A DNA stretch of 64,000 bases from Ignavibacteriota bacterium (GCA_963727825.1 CAVSHO010000007.1:224001-288000), one strand, 5' to 3'; shown: positions 28,870 to 40,282, counted from the first letter of the stretch. The notes: a model not told the origin generated them from the sequence alone. Translations and numbers: made by a program.

Positions 28870-29187
28870 TTATTTAATTTTCAATACTTAAAGCCACCAC
28901 CGATGGCTCAACCGCTCGACGAGACCGCTGGCGATTGTAAAACGGTACAAACAATATGGTTTATTATTATATAGCCATTCTTATTCTTACCATCAGTTTA
29001 ACGCTTCAAGAGAAGCGCCGTACTGTTTATGGTAGAGCACTTTGTTTCGACCGATTTGGAGGAAGATTCACGCAAGTGTTTCCCCACCTCGAATGGAATC
29101 CACATTCAGGCGGGACTTTTCCACTTCGTTTTGAAATACAGCAAGCTCATCACCCAATTTTATTGCTGAAGTGGAAGAGGATTCCGC

Positions 29188-30834
29188 ATGAAAAAAGAAA
29201 TTATTATCAATTCGACTGCGAACGAACATCGTATTGCCATTCTTGAAGATGGCAAGACCGCTGAACTGTTTGTAGAAACACCCGGTAAAGCACGCAATGT
29301 TGGCGACATTTATCTTGGCAAGATTGCTAAGGTAATGCCTGGTATCCGCGCTGCATTTGTAGATATCGGTATGAGTCAAGATGCCTTTTTGCATTTTTCT
29401 GATGTCGGTTCTATTGAAGAGTTTAATACACTCTTCGATGAAGATGAAGACGAGAAGGAGGAAGAAGCCGCGGAGGCAGCATCTCAAACTTCTAATGGCG
29501 TAGATCCGACGAGTGAAACGAACGGCGTCCCTAAAAGCGTTGAACATGCAGAGAACAAGGATCATCGTCACGATCAACAACGGCGTCATCATTCTCAACA
29601 AAATTATTCGCAAGTCAATTTACAAAAGGGACAAGAAATATTAGTTCAAATCACAAAAGAGCCGGTAGGCAAAAAAGGTGTGCGTGTTCGTTCAGCAATT
29701 TCCATGCCCGGACGTTTTCTTGTTCTCATTCCTTTTGATGGAAAAGTCGGCGTTTCCAAAAAACTTTCGAACTTCAAAGAAAAACGTAGACTCCGCAGAG
29801 TTGTCCGTGCGATGTTGCCTAAGGGATTCGGCGCAATCATTCGCACAGTTGCAGATGGAAAAACAGACGAAATGCTTAAACAAGATCTTGACGAATTGAT
29901 CAAGACGTGGCAGGGCATAGAAAAATCTGTGAAGACGGAAAAAGCTCCTGCCCTTATTTACAAAGATATGAACACCACGTCCAGTGTTATTCGTGATCTA
30001 TTTCAGGATGCCGTAGAGCATGTCGTTGTAGATGAGAAAAAACTCTACAAAGAAATTCGGGCTTATGTTCAATGGGTTTCGCCCGATATGCTTAATCGCG
30101 TGGAATACTATCGTGAGAAAGAACCGATTTTCGATAAGTACGGCATTGAGAAAGAAATACAAATTCTTCTTAGCAAGAAAGTTTGGTTGAAGAGCGGCGG
30201 CTACTTATTCCTCGAAAAAACAGAAGCTATGACCGTGATTGATGTGAATAGCGGGCGTTATGCGGCGAAAAAAGAACAAGAACTAAATTCGCTTCGCACA
30301 AACCTTGAAGCATCGCGCGAAATCTGCCGACAGCTTCGGCTGCGTGATATAGGCGGTCTCGTTGTTGTGGATTTTATTGACCTGGAAGATGAAAAGAATA
30401 AGAAAAAAATCTACGATGAGATGAAAAAAGAATTGCGCAAGGACCGTGCGAAAGTAACGGTCTTGCCAATGACTGATTTCGGATTGGTACAGATTACGCG
30501 TCAGCGTGTTCGCCAAAGCCTGCAATTGAGTTTTAGCGAAGGGTGTCCGATGTGCGGCGGCACCGGTTTAGTTCAGTCCAAGACGTCGACCATGAACCAA
30601 ATTGAACGTTGGATTAAGCGGTTCAAAACAGAAAAGCGCGAGTACCGATTGGAGCTGAGGGTTAATCCTATAATCGCAGAATATCTTTCTGCAGGCACAA
30701 TCAGCAGGCTGACAAAATTACAATTCAAGTTCTTTGTTAAAATGAAACTCATTCCTGATCCGGCATTACCTGCAGAGGAATTCAAATTCTTCTCGGTAAA
30801 GCAGAAGAAAGAAATCACGGACCAATACAAGTAA
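29188..30834 (+). CDS. rng: Rne/Rng family ribonuclease
   Basis: [52 protein letters not shown]. Confidence 0.93.
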   Translation: MKKEIIINSTANEHRIAILEDGKTAELFVETPGKARNVGDIYLGKIAKVMPGIRAAFVDIGMSQDAFLHFSDVGSIEEFNTLFDEDEDEKEEEAAEAASQTSNGVDPTSETNGVPKSVEHAENKDHRHDQQRRHHSQQNYSQVNLQKGQEILVQITKEPVGKKGVRVRSAISMPGRFLVLIPFDGKVGVSKKLSNFKEKRRLRRVVRAMLPKGFGAIIRTVADGKTDEMLKQDLDELIKTWQGIEKSVKTEKAPALIYKDMNTTSSVIRDLFQDAVEHVVVDEKKLYKEIRAYVQWVSPDMLNRVEYYREKEPIFDKYGIEKEIQILLSKKVWLKSGGYLFLEKTEAMTVIDVNSGRYAAKKEQELNSLRTNLEASREICRQLRLRDIGGLVVVDFIDLEDEKNKKKIYDEMKKELRKDRAKVTVLPMTDFGLVQITRQRVRQSLQLSFSEGCPMCGGTGLVQSKTSTMNQIERWIKRFKTEKREYRLELRVNPIIAEYLSAGTISRLTKLQFKFFVKMKLIPDPALPAEEFKFFSVKQKKEITDQYK

Positions 30835-30850
30835 AGCGAGGTTCAAACAC

Positions 30851-31498
30851 ATGAAATTTTTCATAGATACAGCAAATGTCGATGAGATTCGCGAAGCTGC
30901 AAGTATGGGCTTGCTAGATGGCGTTACCACGAATCCCAGTTTGGTTGCTAAGGAAAAAAAAGATTTCAGAAAACTATTAGAGGAAATTTGCTCGATAGTG
31001 GATGGACCAATCAGCGCGGAAGTAATTTCGCTGGATTACGATGGTATGATGAAAGAAGCTCGTGAACTTGTCAAGATTCACAAAAATATCGTAGTCAAGA
31101 TTCCACTTATTAAAGATGGATTAAAAGCAGTAAAAGCGTTGAGTGGTGAAGGAATTAAAGCGAATGTGACTTTGTGCTTTTCAGCAAACCAAGCATTGCT
31201 GGCGGCGAAAGCAGGTGCATATTTTATTAGCCCATTTATAGGTCGTTTGGATGACATCGGTCAGAACGGCATGGATTTAATCGGCCAGATTGTGACAATC
31301 TATCGCAACTATGGCTACACAACAGAAGTGCTGGTGGCGAGTGTTCGCCATCCAATGCATGTAATTGATGCCGCAATGATCGGTGCGGACATTTGCACTA
31401 TGCCGTTCAAAGTACTTGACCAGCTTATCAAACACCCACTTACAGATATCGGCATAGAAAGATTTCTTGCCGATTGGAAAAAGGCACAGGGAAAGTAA
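30851..31498 (+). CDS. tal: Transaldolase (short TAL/FSA family)
   Basis: [33 protein letters not shown] (Phe and Glu residues typical of transaldolase). Confidence 0.9.
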   Translation: MKFFIDTANVDEIREAASMGLLDGVTTNPSLVAKEKKDFRKLLEEICSIVDGPISAEVISLDYDGMMKEARELVKIHKNIVVKIPLIKDGLKAVKALSGEGIKANVTLCFSANQALLAAKAGAYFISPFIGRLDDIGQNGMDLIGQIVTIYRNYGYTTEVLVASVRHPMHVIDAAMIGADICTMPFKVLDQLIKHPLTDIGIERFLADWKKAQGK

Positions 31499-32586
31499 TG
31501 CCTAAACGAACTCCCTTTTACAATCAGCATACAGCGCTTGGTGCGAAGATGGTGGAATTCGCTGGCTTCGAAATGCCCGTGCAATATTCGAGCATAATTG
31601 AAGAACATCATGCAGTACGCTTGTCAGTGGGCGTTTTTGATGTAACGCACATGGGAGAATTCTATGTGCGCGGTAAAAATGCACTTGCATTCCTCCAAAA
31701 AGTTACAATTAATGATGTAGCAAGGTTGAAACCTGGAAAGGTGCAATATTCTGCAATGTGCTATGAGGATGGCGGAATTATCGATGACCTTCTTATTTAT
31801 CGGATGGAAGATCAGTACATGCTTGTAGTGAATGCGTCAAATTTGCAGAAAGATTTTGATTGGCTTCAATCTCAAAAATTCGGCGATGTAGAGATTGAGA
31901 ATGTTAGCGATGCGACAGCACTGCTTGCGGTGCAAGGTCCTAGATCATTAGTTACGCTTCAAAAATTGACGAAAGAAGATTTATCTAAAATCGAGTACTA
32001 CGCTTTCACGCGCTGCATACTTGCCGGGGTCTCGATGATTATTTCCCGCACGGGTTACACAGGTGAATTAGGATTTGAATTATATTTCGATGCTGATGTA
32101 GAAACAGCAAAGAAGATTTGGAATGCAATCTTTGATGCCGGTAAAGAATTTAGCATTCGACCGGTCGGGCTTGGCGCCCGCGATACGTTACGCCTTGAAA
32201 TGGGATTTTGTTTATATGGAAACGACATAGATAAGACAACGAATCCTATAGAAGCCGGATTAGGGTGGATTACAAAACTCGGAAAAAAAGAATTCAACGG
32301 ACGCAATGCTATACTGAAAGCAAAGGAAGAAGGATTGAAACGGAAGCTTGTCGGCTTCACTCTTCCGGATCGAACATTGGCGCGTCATGGTTATGAAATT
32401 ACATATAATGGAAGTGTCGTTGGTTATGTAACAAGCGGCACATTCTCACCTTCACTTAAAAAAGGTATTGGAATGGGGTATGTTTCTGCCGAAATTGCAA
32501 ATGCTGGAAATGTTGTCTCGGTACGCATAAGAGATAAAGAAATACCTGCTACTATTGCAGTGATGCCGTTTCTACAAAATCATTAG
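31498..32586 (+). CDS. gcvT: Glycine cleavage system aminomethyltransferase T
   Basis: FAGFEMPVQY, FDVTHMG, SRTGYTGELGFE, GLGARDTLRLEMG. Confidence 0.96.
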   Translation: MPKRTPFYNQHTALGAKMVEFAGFEMPVQYSSIIEEHHAVRLSVGVFDVTHMGEFYVRGKNALAFLQKVTINDVARLKPGKVQYSAMCYEDGGIIDDLLIYRMEDQYMLVVNASNLQKDFDWLQSQKFGDVEIENVSDATALLAVQGPRSLVTLQKLTKEDLSKIEYYAFTRCILAGVSMIISRTGYTGELGFELYFDADVETAKKIWNAIFDAGKEFSIRPVGLGARDTLRLEMGFCLYGNDIDKTTNPIEAGLGWITKLGKKEFNGRNAILKAKEEGLKRKLVGFTLPDRTLARHGYEITYNGSVVGYVTSGTFSPSLKKGIGMGYVSAEIANAGNVVSVRIRDKEIPATIAVMPFLQNH

Positions 32587-32598
32587 AGAGGGGCTTAA

Positions 32599-33357
32599 AT
32601 GAAAATAGATCTTAGTTTCAGCGCAGGTCAGTTCGATGATTTACAACTGCGGGATAAGAATGTAGTGGTACTCGATGTTTTGCGGGCAAGTTCGACGATC
32701 ACAGTTGCGTTGAACAACGGCGCACGCGAAGTTATTCCAGTTGCAAGCATTGAATCTGCAGTAAAGATTTCCGGAAGTCTGTTCGGAGAAGTCACTCTTC
32801 GCGGCGGTGAACGTAGTGGAAAAACAATCGAAGGATTTAATCTCGGAAATTCGCCGCTGGAATACACCGAAGCCGCTGTGAAGGGGAAATCTATCATTTA
32901 CTGCACAACAAATGGATCGGTCGCAATGGCTAAGAGCCGATACGCACGTACGCTGATAATCGGTTCCTTTCTAAACCTGACAACCGTCGTGGATCATATT
33001 TGTAAAGAGAATAAGGATTTTTTATTTATCTGTGCTGGCAGAGTAAATACAGTCGGATATTTTAGTTTAGAAGATGCAGTTTGCGCTGGAATGATAATTC
33101 AAAAGCTAATGAAATTTGAATCGTTGGAATTGAATCTCAGCGATTCGGCAAAAGCAGCGCACGCCCTGTACAAATCCTTTGGGCGTTCAATTCTTAAGAT
33201 GCTGAAGACTTCCGAACATGGTAAGTACTTAACCGAGATCGGTTTCGCAGATGATTTAAAGATTTGCGCTGCTGTCGATTCTGTGCCGGTACTTCCGGTA
33301 CAAATTGAAAATAAAATCAAGTTAAAAAAAGAAGAACCACCCATTATTCCTGTATAG
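32599..33357 (+). CDS. comB: 2-phosphosulfolactate phosphatase family protein
   Basis: DVLRASSTI, GGER..GFNLGNSP, TTNGS, EDAVCAG. Confidence 0.9.
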   Translation: MKIDLSFSAGQFDDLQLRDKNVVVLDVLRASSTITVALNNGAREVIPVASIESAVKISGSLFGEVTLRGGERSGKTIEGFNLGNSPLEYTEAAVKGKSIIYCTTNGSVAMAKSRYARTLIIGSFLNLTTVVDHICKENKDFLFICAGRVNTVGYFSLEDAVCAGMIIQKLMKFESLELNLSDSAKAAHALYKSFGRSILKMLKTSEHGKYLTEIGFADDLKICAAVDSVPVLPVQIENKIKLKKEEPPIIPV

Positions 33358-33383
33358 CTGCGCTTGTGTAGAGATTGATTCAT

Positions 33384-35825
33384 ATGGCAGAGAATCAAAA
33401 GAAATCCGAGAAAAAAGAAACGCCGCATCATCGAAGGCAGATTGGGGCATTTATTGGTATTCTTGCTTCACTAATGCTTCTGCTGAGTATTATATCGTAT
33501 TCTGCTATCGATCAGGCGAGTGGAGAGATTTCGCTGTGGGATATATGGAAAGTTTTTTCAAACGATGAATCCATTTTGTTGAAAGCAGAACGTACACAAA
33601 ATTGGCTTGGCTTGTTCGGGGCAGTGGTGTCAAATTGGTTTATCAACTCAACAATTGGCTTTGCTGTAATCGTTGTTCCTTTTCTCGGATTTGTGTGGTC
33701 TATCTATTTATTAAATGAAAAAAACCTGCGACGCAAAATTATTCTAACAAACTACACAATCATTCTTGCTATTCTATTTGCATCGTTTGCCGGACTGCTG
33801 AAGCAATTCGATGGCGCACTGCCCATAGAATGGAGCGGAGTTGTCGGCCACTTTATAGCATACGTACTAATAAAATCTGTCGGCATAACTGGCGCAATCA
33901 TTTGTGTGGCAGGCGCATTTATTATCGTACTGACGCTGTTAATAGACTTAGATTATAAGGTCACATGGGTAAAAATACGCGATGCTGTTGCTCTCTGGAT
34001 GGAGTGGCTGAAAGAAAGACAAGAATTATGGAGAATTCAACGCGTTGCCAAACAAAAAGATGTTGAGGCTAAACAAGCAACCACGACAGTTCGAATAAAA
34101 AAACCGGCAGAAGAATTAACAGAGCCTGTCGCCCAAGTAAAAACATTGCCGACTCCAGTCAATCCTGTCATCAAACCGGCAGATGTACCACTCCCAACGA
34201 AGGAGTCGTTGCCGACGGATGCCCAGGTGAAAGAGCAGTCGAAAGATTCTATGCTTTCTATTGATATCCATGAGAAAGTTGTTGAAGCGGAGGTTGATTT
34301 TGATGAACGGAAAACAGAAACAGATGAAAATGTCGTAGAAGAAATCGATTACGTTTTTCCATCAGTGGAACTTCTTGACGTTCACAGAGAAAGTGAAAAT
34401 GTAAATGATGACGAATTGAAAGCCAACGCAGAATTGTTACGCGCGAAGCTTTCAGATTTTTCAGTCGAAATCGATAGCGTTTCGGTAACGCCTGGTCCGG
34501 TTGTTACACTCTATGAACTTGTTCCTGCCGCCGGTGTGAAAATCAGCAGAATTGAAAGCCTGCAAGATGATATTGCACTAGCGTTAAAGGCAAAAGGCAT
34601 CCGAATAATTGCGCCAATGCCGGGCAAAGGAACAGTCGGTGTCGAAATTCCAAATCATAATCCATCACTTGTGACGATTCGCAGTATTATCAATTCTGCA
34701 AAGTTTCGAGATTCAAAAGCAACGCTTCCTCTGGCCATGGGAAAAACAATCTCAGGCGAAGTGTATGTAGACGATCTTGCAAAAATGCCGCATTTGTTAA
34801 TTGCAGGGTCAACCGGTTCCGGTAAAAGTGTTGGCATCAATACTATTCTCACAAGCTTGATTTATCGCCTTCATCCGAGCGACGTAAAATTTGTGATTAT
34901 CGATCCCAAAAAAATTGAACTCACACTTTTCAAAAAACTGCGGAGTCATTATCTTGCCGTATCGCCGGATTTGGATGAAGAAATTATAACAGAAGCAAAC
35001 AATGCTGTGCTCATTCTAAAAAGCGTTGAATTGGAGATGGAGAACCGTTACGATCGATTGGCGGCTGCCGGTGTACGGAATCTTGCCGATTACAACGAGC
35101 GGTTCGCTGCCGGACGTTTACATGATACAGAGAGTATCAGGCATCGCAAAATTCCATATTTAATCGTTGTTATCGACGAGTTGGCTGATCTAATGATCAC
35201 TGCCGCAAAAGAAGTCGAAGAACCGATTGCACGTTTAGCACAGTTAGCGCGCGCTGTGGGCATTCATCTCGTGGTTGCAACACAGCGGCCCTCGGTAGAT
35301 GTTATCACTGGTGTCATAAAAGCGAATTTCCCTGCGAGAATTGCATATCAAGTGTCGTCGAAGATTGATTCACGCACGATTCTTGATATGAATGGCGCGG
35401 ATCAATTGCTCGGAAACGGCGATATGCTGTACCTGCCTGCCGGCTCACCGAAGCCGCATCGAATTCAGAATGCGTTTATTTCCACAGATGAAGTGGAACG
35501 AGTAACGAATCATATCGGCAAGCAAAAGGGGTACAGCGCTCCATTTAAATTACCGTCGGTCTTAGAAAAGAAAAGACAGGCCGGTGCAAGCGTGGGCGTG
35601 AGTGAAGACGAATTATTTGAAGAAGCGGCGCACATTGTTGTGCGGCATCAGCAGGGTTCGGTGTCGTTATTACAAAGGAGATTGAAGGTAGGGTATTCAC
35701 GTGCAGCTCGGATGATTGATGAATTAGAAGCCGCCGGTATTGTCGGACAATTTGATGGAAGCAAGGCGCGCGAAGTGTTAGTGGAAACAGAAGCAGAATT
35801 GGAAGTGATATTAAAAAGCCTATGA
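33384..35825 (+). CDS. ftsK: DNA translocase FtsK
   Basis: 4TM N-terminus, HLLIAGSTGSGKS, IDELADLM, ATQRPSVDV, gamma domain LLQRRLKVGYSRAARMID. Confidence 0.96.
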   Translation: MAENQKKSEKKETPHHRRQIGAFIGILASLMLLLSIISYSAIDQASGEISLWDIWKVFSNDESILLKAERTQNWLGLFGAVVSNWFINSTIGFAVIVVPFLGFVWSIYLLNEKNLRRKIILTNYTIILAILFASFAGLLKQFDGALPIEWSGVVGHFIAYVLIKSVGITGAIICVAGAFIIVLTLLIDLDYKVTWVKIRDAVALWMEWLKERQELWRIQRVAKQKDVEAKQATTTVRIKKPAEELTEPVAQVKTLPTPVNPVIKPADVPLPTKESLPTDAQVKEQSKDSMLSIDIHEKVVEAEVDFDERKTETDENVVEEIDYVFPSVELLDVHRESENVNDDELKANAELLRAKLSDFSVEIDSVSVTPGPVVTLYELVPAAGVKISRIESLQDDIALALKAKGIRIIAPMPGKGTVGVEIPNHNPSLVTIRSIINSAKFRDSKATLPLAMGKTISGEVYVDDLAKMPHLLIAGSTGSGKSVGINTILTSLIYRLHPSDVKFVIIDPKKIELTLFKKLRSHYLAVSPDLDEEIITEANNAVLILKSVELEMENRYDRLAAAGVRNLADYNERFAAGRLHDTESIRHRKIPYLIVVIDELADLMITAAKEVEEPIARLAQLARAVGIHLVVATQRPSVDVITGVIKANFPARIAYQVSSKIDSRTILDMNGADQLLGNGDMLYLPAGSPKPHRIQNAFISTDEVERVTNHIGKQKGYSAPFKLPSVLEKKRQAGASVGVSEDELFEEAAHIVVRHQQGSVSLLQRRLKVGYSRAARMIDELEAAGIVGQFDGSKAREVLVETEAELEVILKSL

Positions 35826-36469
35826 GAATGAAAATAAAACTTACAGCGGCGTTGGCATTTTTCTGTTTTATAGAAACTGCAGCGCAGGAAAAAGAATGGA
35901 CAGTCAAGCAAGTGACTGAACAATTACATCATCGGTACGAAATGATTGATGATGCAGTCGTGCAATTTGAACAGCACGTCAAGTTTGGTTTTTCAAACAT
36001 TGAACAGAATTTCAGCGGTATCCTAAAAATGAAAAAACCAAAGCACTACAGAATCGAGTCTGAACATCAAACAATAGTTACGGATGGAACAACGGTGTGG
36101 GCATACTCTACAGCAAACAATCAAGTTATTATTGATAATTATAAAGAGAATTCCAATTCAATTTCTCCGGAACAATTCATGTTAAATCTTCCCGCAAGTT
36201 ATTATGCTTCCCTGCTTGGATATGAAAAACAATCATCCGGAAATATCATTCTTTTAAAGCTCGTGCCAAAAGATGATCGCTCGTTTGTGAAATCCGTAAA
36301 AATTTCTGTTGAAGAAAACAACTGGATGGTACGAAAGATTGTAATTTTGGATGTCAACGAAACAGAAACAACATATACGGTGAAGGATATTAAACTAAAT
36401 ACGAATATAAAAGAGAAAACATTCACTTTCTTGGCGCCGGAAGGTGCGGAAGTTGTGGACCTTCGTTAA
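35822..36469 (+). CDS. lolA: Outer membrane lipoprotein carrier LolA
   Basis: FEQ..SGILKMKKPKHYR..IVTDGTTVWAYS..NQV..FTFLAPEGAEVVD; downstream of ftsK. Confidence 0.85.
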   Translation: MRMKIKLTAALAFFCFIETAAQEKEWTVKQVTEQLHHRYEMIDDAVVQFEQHVKFGFSNIEQNFSGILKMKKPKHYRIESEHQTIVTDGTTVWAYSTANNQVIIDNYKENSNSISPEQFMLNLPASYYASLLGYEKQSSGNIILLKLVPKDDRSFVKSVKISVEENNWMVRKIVILDVNETETTYTVKDIKLNTNIKEKTFTFLAPEGAEVVDLR

Positions 36470-36486
36470 TCACTCCTTATCCTGCT

Positions 36487-37512
36487 ATGTCGGCTAAATC
36501 TCGAAGCATTATACGATATTCGGTAAGTTTCATTTTAGCTTTCGGTTTTCTTTATCTCGCTTTTCGCGGTGTAAAGCTCTCTGAATTGTGGAATTCTTTG
36601 AAAGGTGCTAATTACTGGTGGGTATCGCTTCTTATTCCATTAAACGTTCTCATGAATTGGGTTAGGGCAGAGCGTTGGGCGCACTTGCTGGCTCCTATCA
36701 AATCTCCCATTTCAAAACGCAATCTTTTCTCGGGTGTAATGATTGGATATGCCATAAATAATGTACTGCCGCGTGTTGGTGAGATTGTTCGCCCATATAT
36801 TGTCGGGAACCGTGAAGGTATTTCAAAAAGTTCGGTGTTTGGAACTGTTGTAGTTGAACGTATTCTGGATTTCATGAGTTTTTATTTCATTGTTTGTATA
36901 GTTCTCTTTATTTATCCTAATTCGCTCGATCCATTTGTAAATCAACCAGACACTATTCGGCCATTTTTACTTCTTGGTTCTATTGCGTCTCTCATCATTT
37001 TTATTCTTCTTTTTTTCAAAGCAGAGGCATCATTTCGATTTTTAGCTAAAGTTCTCCGTTTTCTTCCTGACAAGCAGAAAGAAAAAGTAGAAATAATATT
37101 AGATAGATTTTATACTGGATTTGCTGTAGCAAAATTACACGAAAAATTTGGCGTGATTTTATTCCAGAGTTTTTTAATTTGGGCATTGAATGCACTGATA
37201 ATGTTTGTGCCTTTCTTCGCATTTGCTCCATTAATAAAATCAGGAATGGATTTTGGCGCATCTGTAGTGCTGTTGGTAATTTCATCTGTCGCATGGATTT
37301 TGCCTGCTCCCGGTGCGATGGGAACATATCATTCTTTCTTAAAAGTCGCGATGATGAAGCTGTATGGAATTGATGAGGCAACGTCGTTGAGTTACGCAAT
37401 TGTTACGCATGAGGTGGGATATATCGTTGTTATGGTTATCGGGGCATATTATTTTTTTCATGACCATCTTCAAGTGTCCGATTTAACTAGAGCTTCATCA
37501 AAAGAAGAATGA
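36487..37512 (+). CDS. Lysylphosphatidylglycerol synthase TM-domain (UPF0104, flippase-like) protein
   Basis: RAERW, NNVLPRVGEIVR, VVERILD, PAPGAMGTYH. Confidence 0.87.
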   Translation: MSAKSRSIIRYSVSFILAFGFLYLAFRGVKLSELWNSLKGANYWWVSLLIPLNVLMNWVRAERWAHLLAPIKSPISKRNLFSGVMIGYAINNVLPRVGEIVRPYIVGNREGISKSSVFGTVVVERILDFMSFYFIVCIVLFIYPNSLDPFVNQPDTIRPFLLLGSIASLIIFILLFFKAEASFRFLAKVLRFLPDKQKEKVEIILDRFYTGFAVAKLHEKFGVILFQSFLIWALNALIMFVPFFAFAPLIKSGMDFGASVVLLVISSVAWILPAPGAMGTYHSFLKVAMMKLYGIDEATSLSYAIVTHEVGYIVVMVIGAYYFFHDHLQVSDLTRASSKEE

Positions 37513-37650
37513 ATATAATACATACAATGAAATCCATTGAAACCTGGAAATGGTCGATCTTTAACTTAGAAGTGATAAACAGAATTATTAACTCATGTTA
37601 CGCATGAACTGAAAAACGACAATTGGCAGTGATCAATATTAAAAACTTCG

Positions 37651-37720
37651 ACCTCCCAATATCCCCTCCTTGGCAAGGAGGGGAAAATTTATCCGCCGGC
37701 TTTCGGGCGGAAGTGGAGGT
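37651..37720. repeat. CCCCTC-type REP-like hairpin element
   Basis: ACCTCCC..TCCCCTCCTTggcAAGGAGGGGA..TCCGCC..GGCGGA..GGAGGT. Confidence 0.6.
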
Positions 37721-37795
37721 GTATCGAGTAATCTCTCATTGTAATCTGTAAAGTTGGTTTTTTTACGTAACATCAATTATTAAATAAGGAAATGC

Positions 37796-38608
37796 GTGTT
37801 GAGTATATTTGATGCAGTTCTTTTAGCAATTCTTGAGGGATTTACTGAGTTCTTGCCGGTTAGCAGTTCCGGACATTTGGTGCTGGCACAGGAATTGCTA
37901 AATCTGCCTGGTACACAGTTAATAGTCTTCGATATCTTTGTGCATTTCGGTGCACTCATGAGTGTTGTGTTCGTTTTTTGGAAAGATATTCTTGAAATAC
38001 TGCAGTCGTTCACTAAAGCTTTTACGACTATGAAACTGAAAGAAGAATACAAAAAGACAGAGCATTTTCGGCTTGGTGTTGCGATTATCATCGGCTCAAT
38101 TCCGGCGGGAATTATTGGACTGCTCTACCGCCATCAGATTGGAGCGGCGTTCACTGATCCAAAACTTGTGGCGATGAATCTCGTTATCACCGGACTAATT
38201 ATATTCTTGACTCGGCTTGCTAAACCAATAGAAGGGAAAAAGGTTGGGTTGGCAGCGGCGTTCATCATTGGGCTTGCACAGGCAGTTGCGATTCTGCCGG
38301 GAATTTCACGTTCTGGTTCTACAATGAGTGCCGCCATGTTTTTTAAAATACCTCCTGTCCGAGCAGCACGAATCTCATTTCTTCTCTCTGTTCCGGCTAT
38401 TGCAGGTGCATCGCTCTTGGAAGGGTACAGAATTTATAAGTACGGCACTACGATTAGTGCACTCCCGTTGCTCGTTGGTACGACAGTGTCAGCAATCGCA
38501 GGCTACTTCGCTATCAAAATGTTGTTGAAAATTATGGAGAAAGGAAAATTCAGTTGGTTCTCACTTTATTGTTTGACAATCGGCATTCTTGGCATTCTCT
38601 TTATATAA
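37796..38608 (+). CDS. uppP: Undecaprenyl-diphosphate phosphatase
   Basis: EGFTEFLPVSSSGHL, PGISRSG. Confidence 0.95.
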   Translation: MLSIFDAVLLAILEGFTEFLPVSSSGHLVLAQELLNLPGTQLIVFDIFVHFGALMSVVFVFWKDILEILQSFTKAFTTMKLKEEYKKTEHFRLGVAIIIGSIPAGIIGLLYRHQIGAAFTDPKLVAMNLVITGLIIFLTRLAKPIEGKKVGLAAAFIIGLAQAVAILPGISRSGSTMSAAMFFKIPPVRAARISFLLSVPAIAGASLLEGYRIYKYGTTISALPLLVGTTVSAIAGYFAIKMLLKIMEKGKFSWFSLYCLTIGILGILFI

Positions 38609-38618
38609 GGAATAAATT

Positions 38619-39215
38619 ATGTACACAACAAAACTTATAGTCTGTCTTACAATCATCTTTGGACTTTCACAGTCCATTGGCTGTCAATCTGATACAACAA
38701 AAGGAAAAACCGTGAACATTTTAATCGAAACAACCAAAGGCAATATTGAATTAGAATTATTTGAATCCGATGCACCGAAGACTGTCGCAAACTTCGTCGG
38801 ACTTGCCGAACAAGGCTACTACAATGGTATCATCTTCCATCGCGTCTCCAAGGGATTCGTAATCCAAGGTGGCGACTCTACTGGAACGGGCAGAGGCGGA
38901 AAAAGTATTTACGGAAAAGAATTCGAAGACGAACTAAATCCTGCAACGTTGTCCTATAAGGAAGGATACAAACGCGGCACAGTAGCGATGGCAAATCGTG
39001 GACCGAACACGAACACAAGTCAGTTCTTTATCATGCTGAGCGATGTGCCGATGCCTAAGAACTATACAATATTTGGTAAAGTAACGAAAGGAATGAATGT
39101 AGTAGATTCAATTGCGGCGGTCGAGATTATCCCACAGATGGGAGATACAGACGGCAAGCCAAAAGTTGATGTTGTAATGAAAAAGGTTACGGTGAAAAAA
39201 GAAGCAGGGAAATAA
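38619..39215 (+). CDS. Cyclophilin-type peptidyl-prolyl isomerase (exported, probably a lipoprotein)
   Basis: APKTVANF, FHRVSKGFVIQGGD, AMANRGPNTNTSQFFI. Confidence 0.93.
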   Translation: MYTTKLIVCLTIIFGLSQSIGCQSDTTKGKTVNILIETTKGNIELELFESDAPKTVANFVGLAEQGYYNGIIFHRVSKGFVIQGGDSTGTGRGGKSIYGKEFEDELNPATLSYKEGYKRGTVAMANRGPNTNTSQFFIMLSDVPMPKNYTIFGKVTKGMNVVDSIAAVEIIPQMGDTDGKPKVDVVMKKVTVKKEAGK

Positions 39216-39220
39216 TATCC

Positions 39221-40282
39221 GTGTCAATGTTGAAATCTAAAAAAGATAAATTCCCAAATTACGACGACTTCCTTGAATCGACGAAAGGTAAGAAGTATGC
39301 GCCGGTGTATCTGTTTATTGGAGAGGAAGATTTCTTCAGTGAGGAATGTGTGGATCGTGTCATTAGCGATTTGTTGACGGCAGACACCAAGGCATTCAAT
39401 CTCGATATTGTGTACGGAAGTAAAGCTGATACAAGCCAGGTAATGGCGCATGCAGCCTCATTTCCTATGATGAGCGATCGGCGCGTAGTTGTAATAAAAG
39501 AATTCGATAGATTACTTTCCGGTGACTCAGATAAGGAACTAGTATCTGCTTACATTGCTCGTCCATTAGAATCGACCTGCCTTGTCCTGTTAGCCGAGAA
39601 ACCTGATTTTCGTACGAAGCCGTTTGTAGATCTGAAAAAAAACGGCGCAGTATTCTCTTTCAACCCACTCTATGATAATCAAATTCCTGTGTGGATTGCC
39701 GCCAAATGCAAAAAGATGGGAAAAGAAGCCGATATTGAAGCTTGTCGATTAATGCAGGCATATGTTGGAAATTCACTCCGAGCAATCCAGAATGAATTGG
39801 ACAAACTTTTCACATACATCGGAGAACGAATGCATGTAACACAGGAGGACGTTGCGGATATAGTGGGAGTCTCACGCGGATTCACAATTTTCGATTTGCA
39901 AAATGCAATCGGGAAGAAAAATATTAATGAAGCGATACGAATTGTGAAACGTACAATTGAAACAGGTGAACCGTCGCTGCAACTTACTATTGCTATGCTC
40001 ACAAGATTTTTTAACCTAGTATGGAAAGTACAGGACATGCTCAATCACGGCGCCTCCGATTCAGATGTTATTACTGCAACAAGAATTTCCCCGTATTACT
40101 TTAAAAACTATGCAGAGGCAGCAAGGCGATTTTCATCTTCACAGATTGAAAACTCATTTAGTGTTCTTCTTGATGCGGATTTACAATTAAAAAGTACATC
40201 ACCCGATCCGTACCATCTGATGGAAATGTTGGTTTATTCACTCATCTATGATGCTAAACCAACGGAAAAAGTTTTACTGTAA
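39221..40282 (+). CDS. holA: DNA polymerase III delta subunit
   Basis: PVYLFIGEEDF, SFPMMSDRRVVVIK, NELDKL, IFDLQNAI, DADLQLKS. Confidence 0.9.
   Translation: MSMLKSKKDKFPNYDDFLESTKGKKYAPVYLFIGEEDFFSEECVDRVISDLLTADTKAFNLDIVYGSKADTSQVMAHAASFPMMSDRRVVVIKEFDRLLSGDSDKELVSAYIARPLESTCLVLLAEKPDFRTKPFVDLKKNGAVFSFNPLYDNQIPVWIAAKCKKMGKEADIEACRLMQAYVGNSLRAIQNELDKLFTYIGERMHVTQEDVADIVGVSRGFTIFDLQNAIGKKNINEAIRIVKRTIETGEPSLQLTIAMLTRFFNLVWKVQDMLNHGASDSDVITATRISPYYFKNYAEAARRFSSSQIENSFSVLLDADLQLKSTSPDPYHLMEMLVYSLIYDAKPTEKVLL

Noticed and set aside
28789-29246. ORFs 28789-28974 and 28956-29246
   Set aside because: They overlap the SRP RNA and rng leader, with no recognisable domain or convincing RBS.
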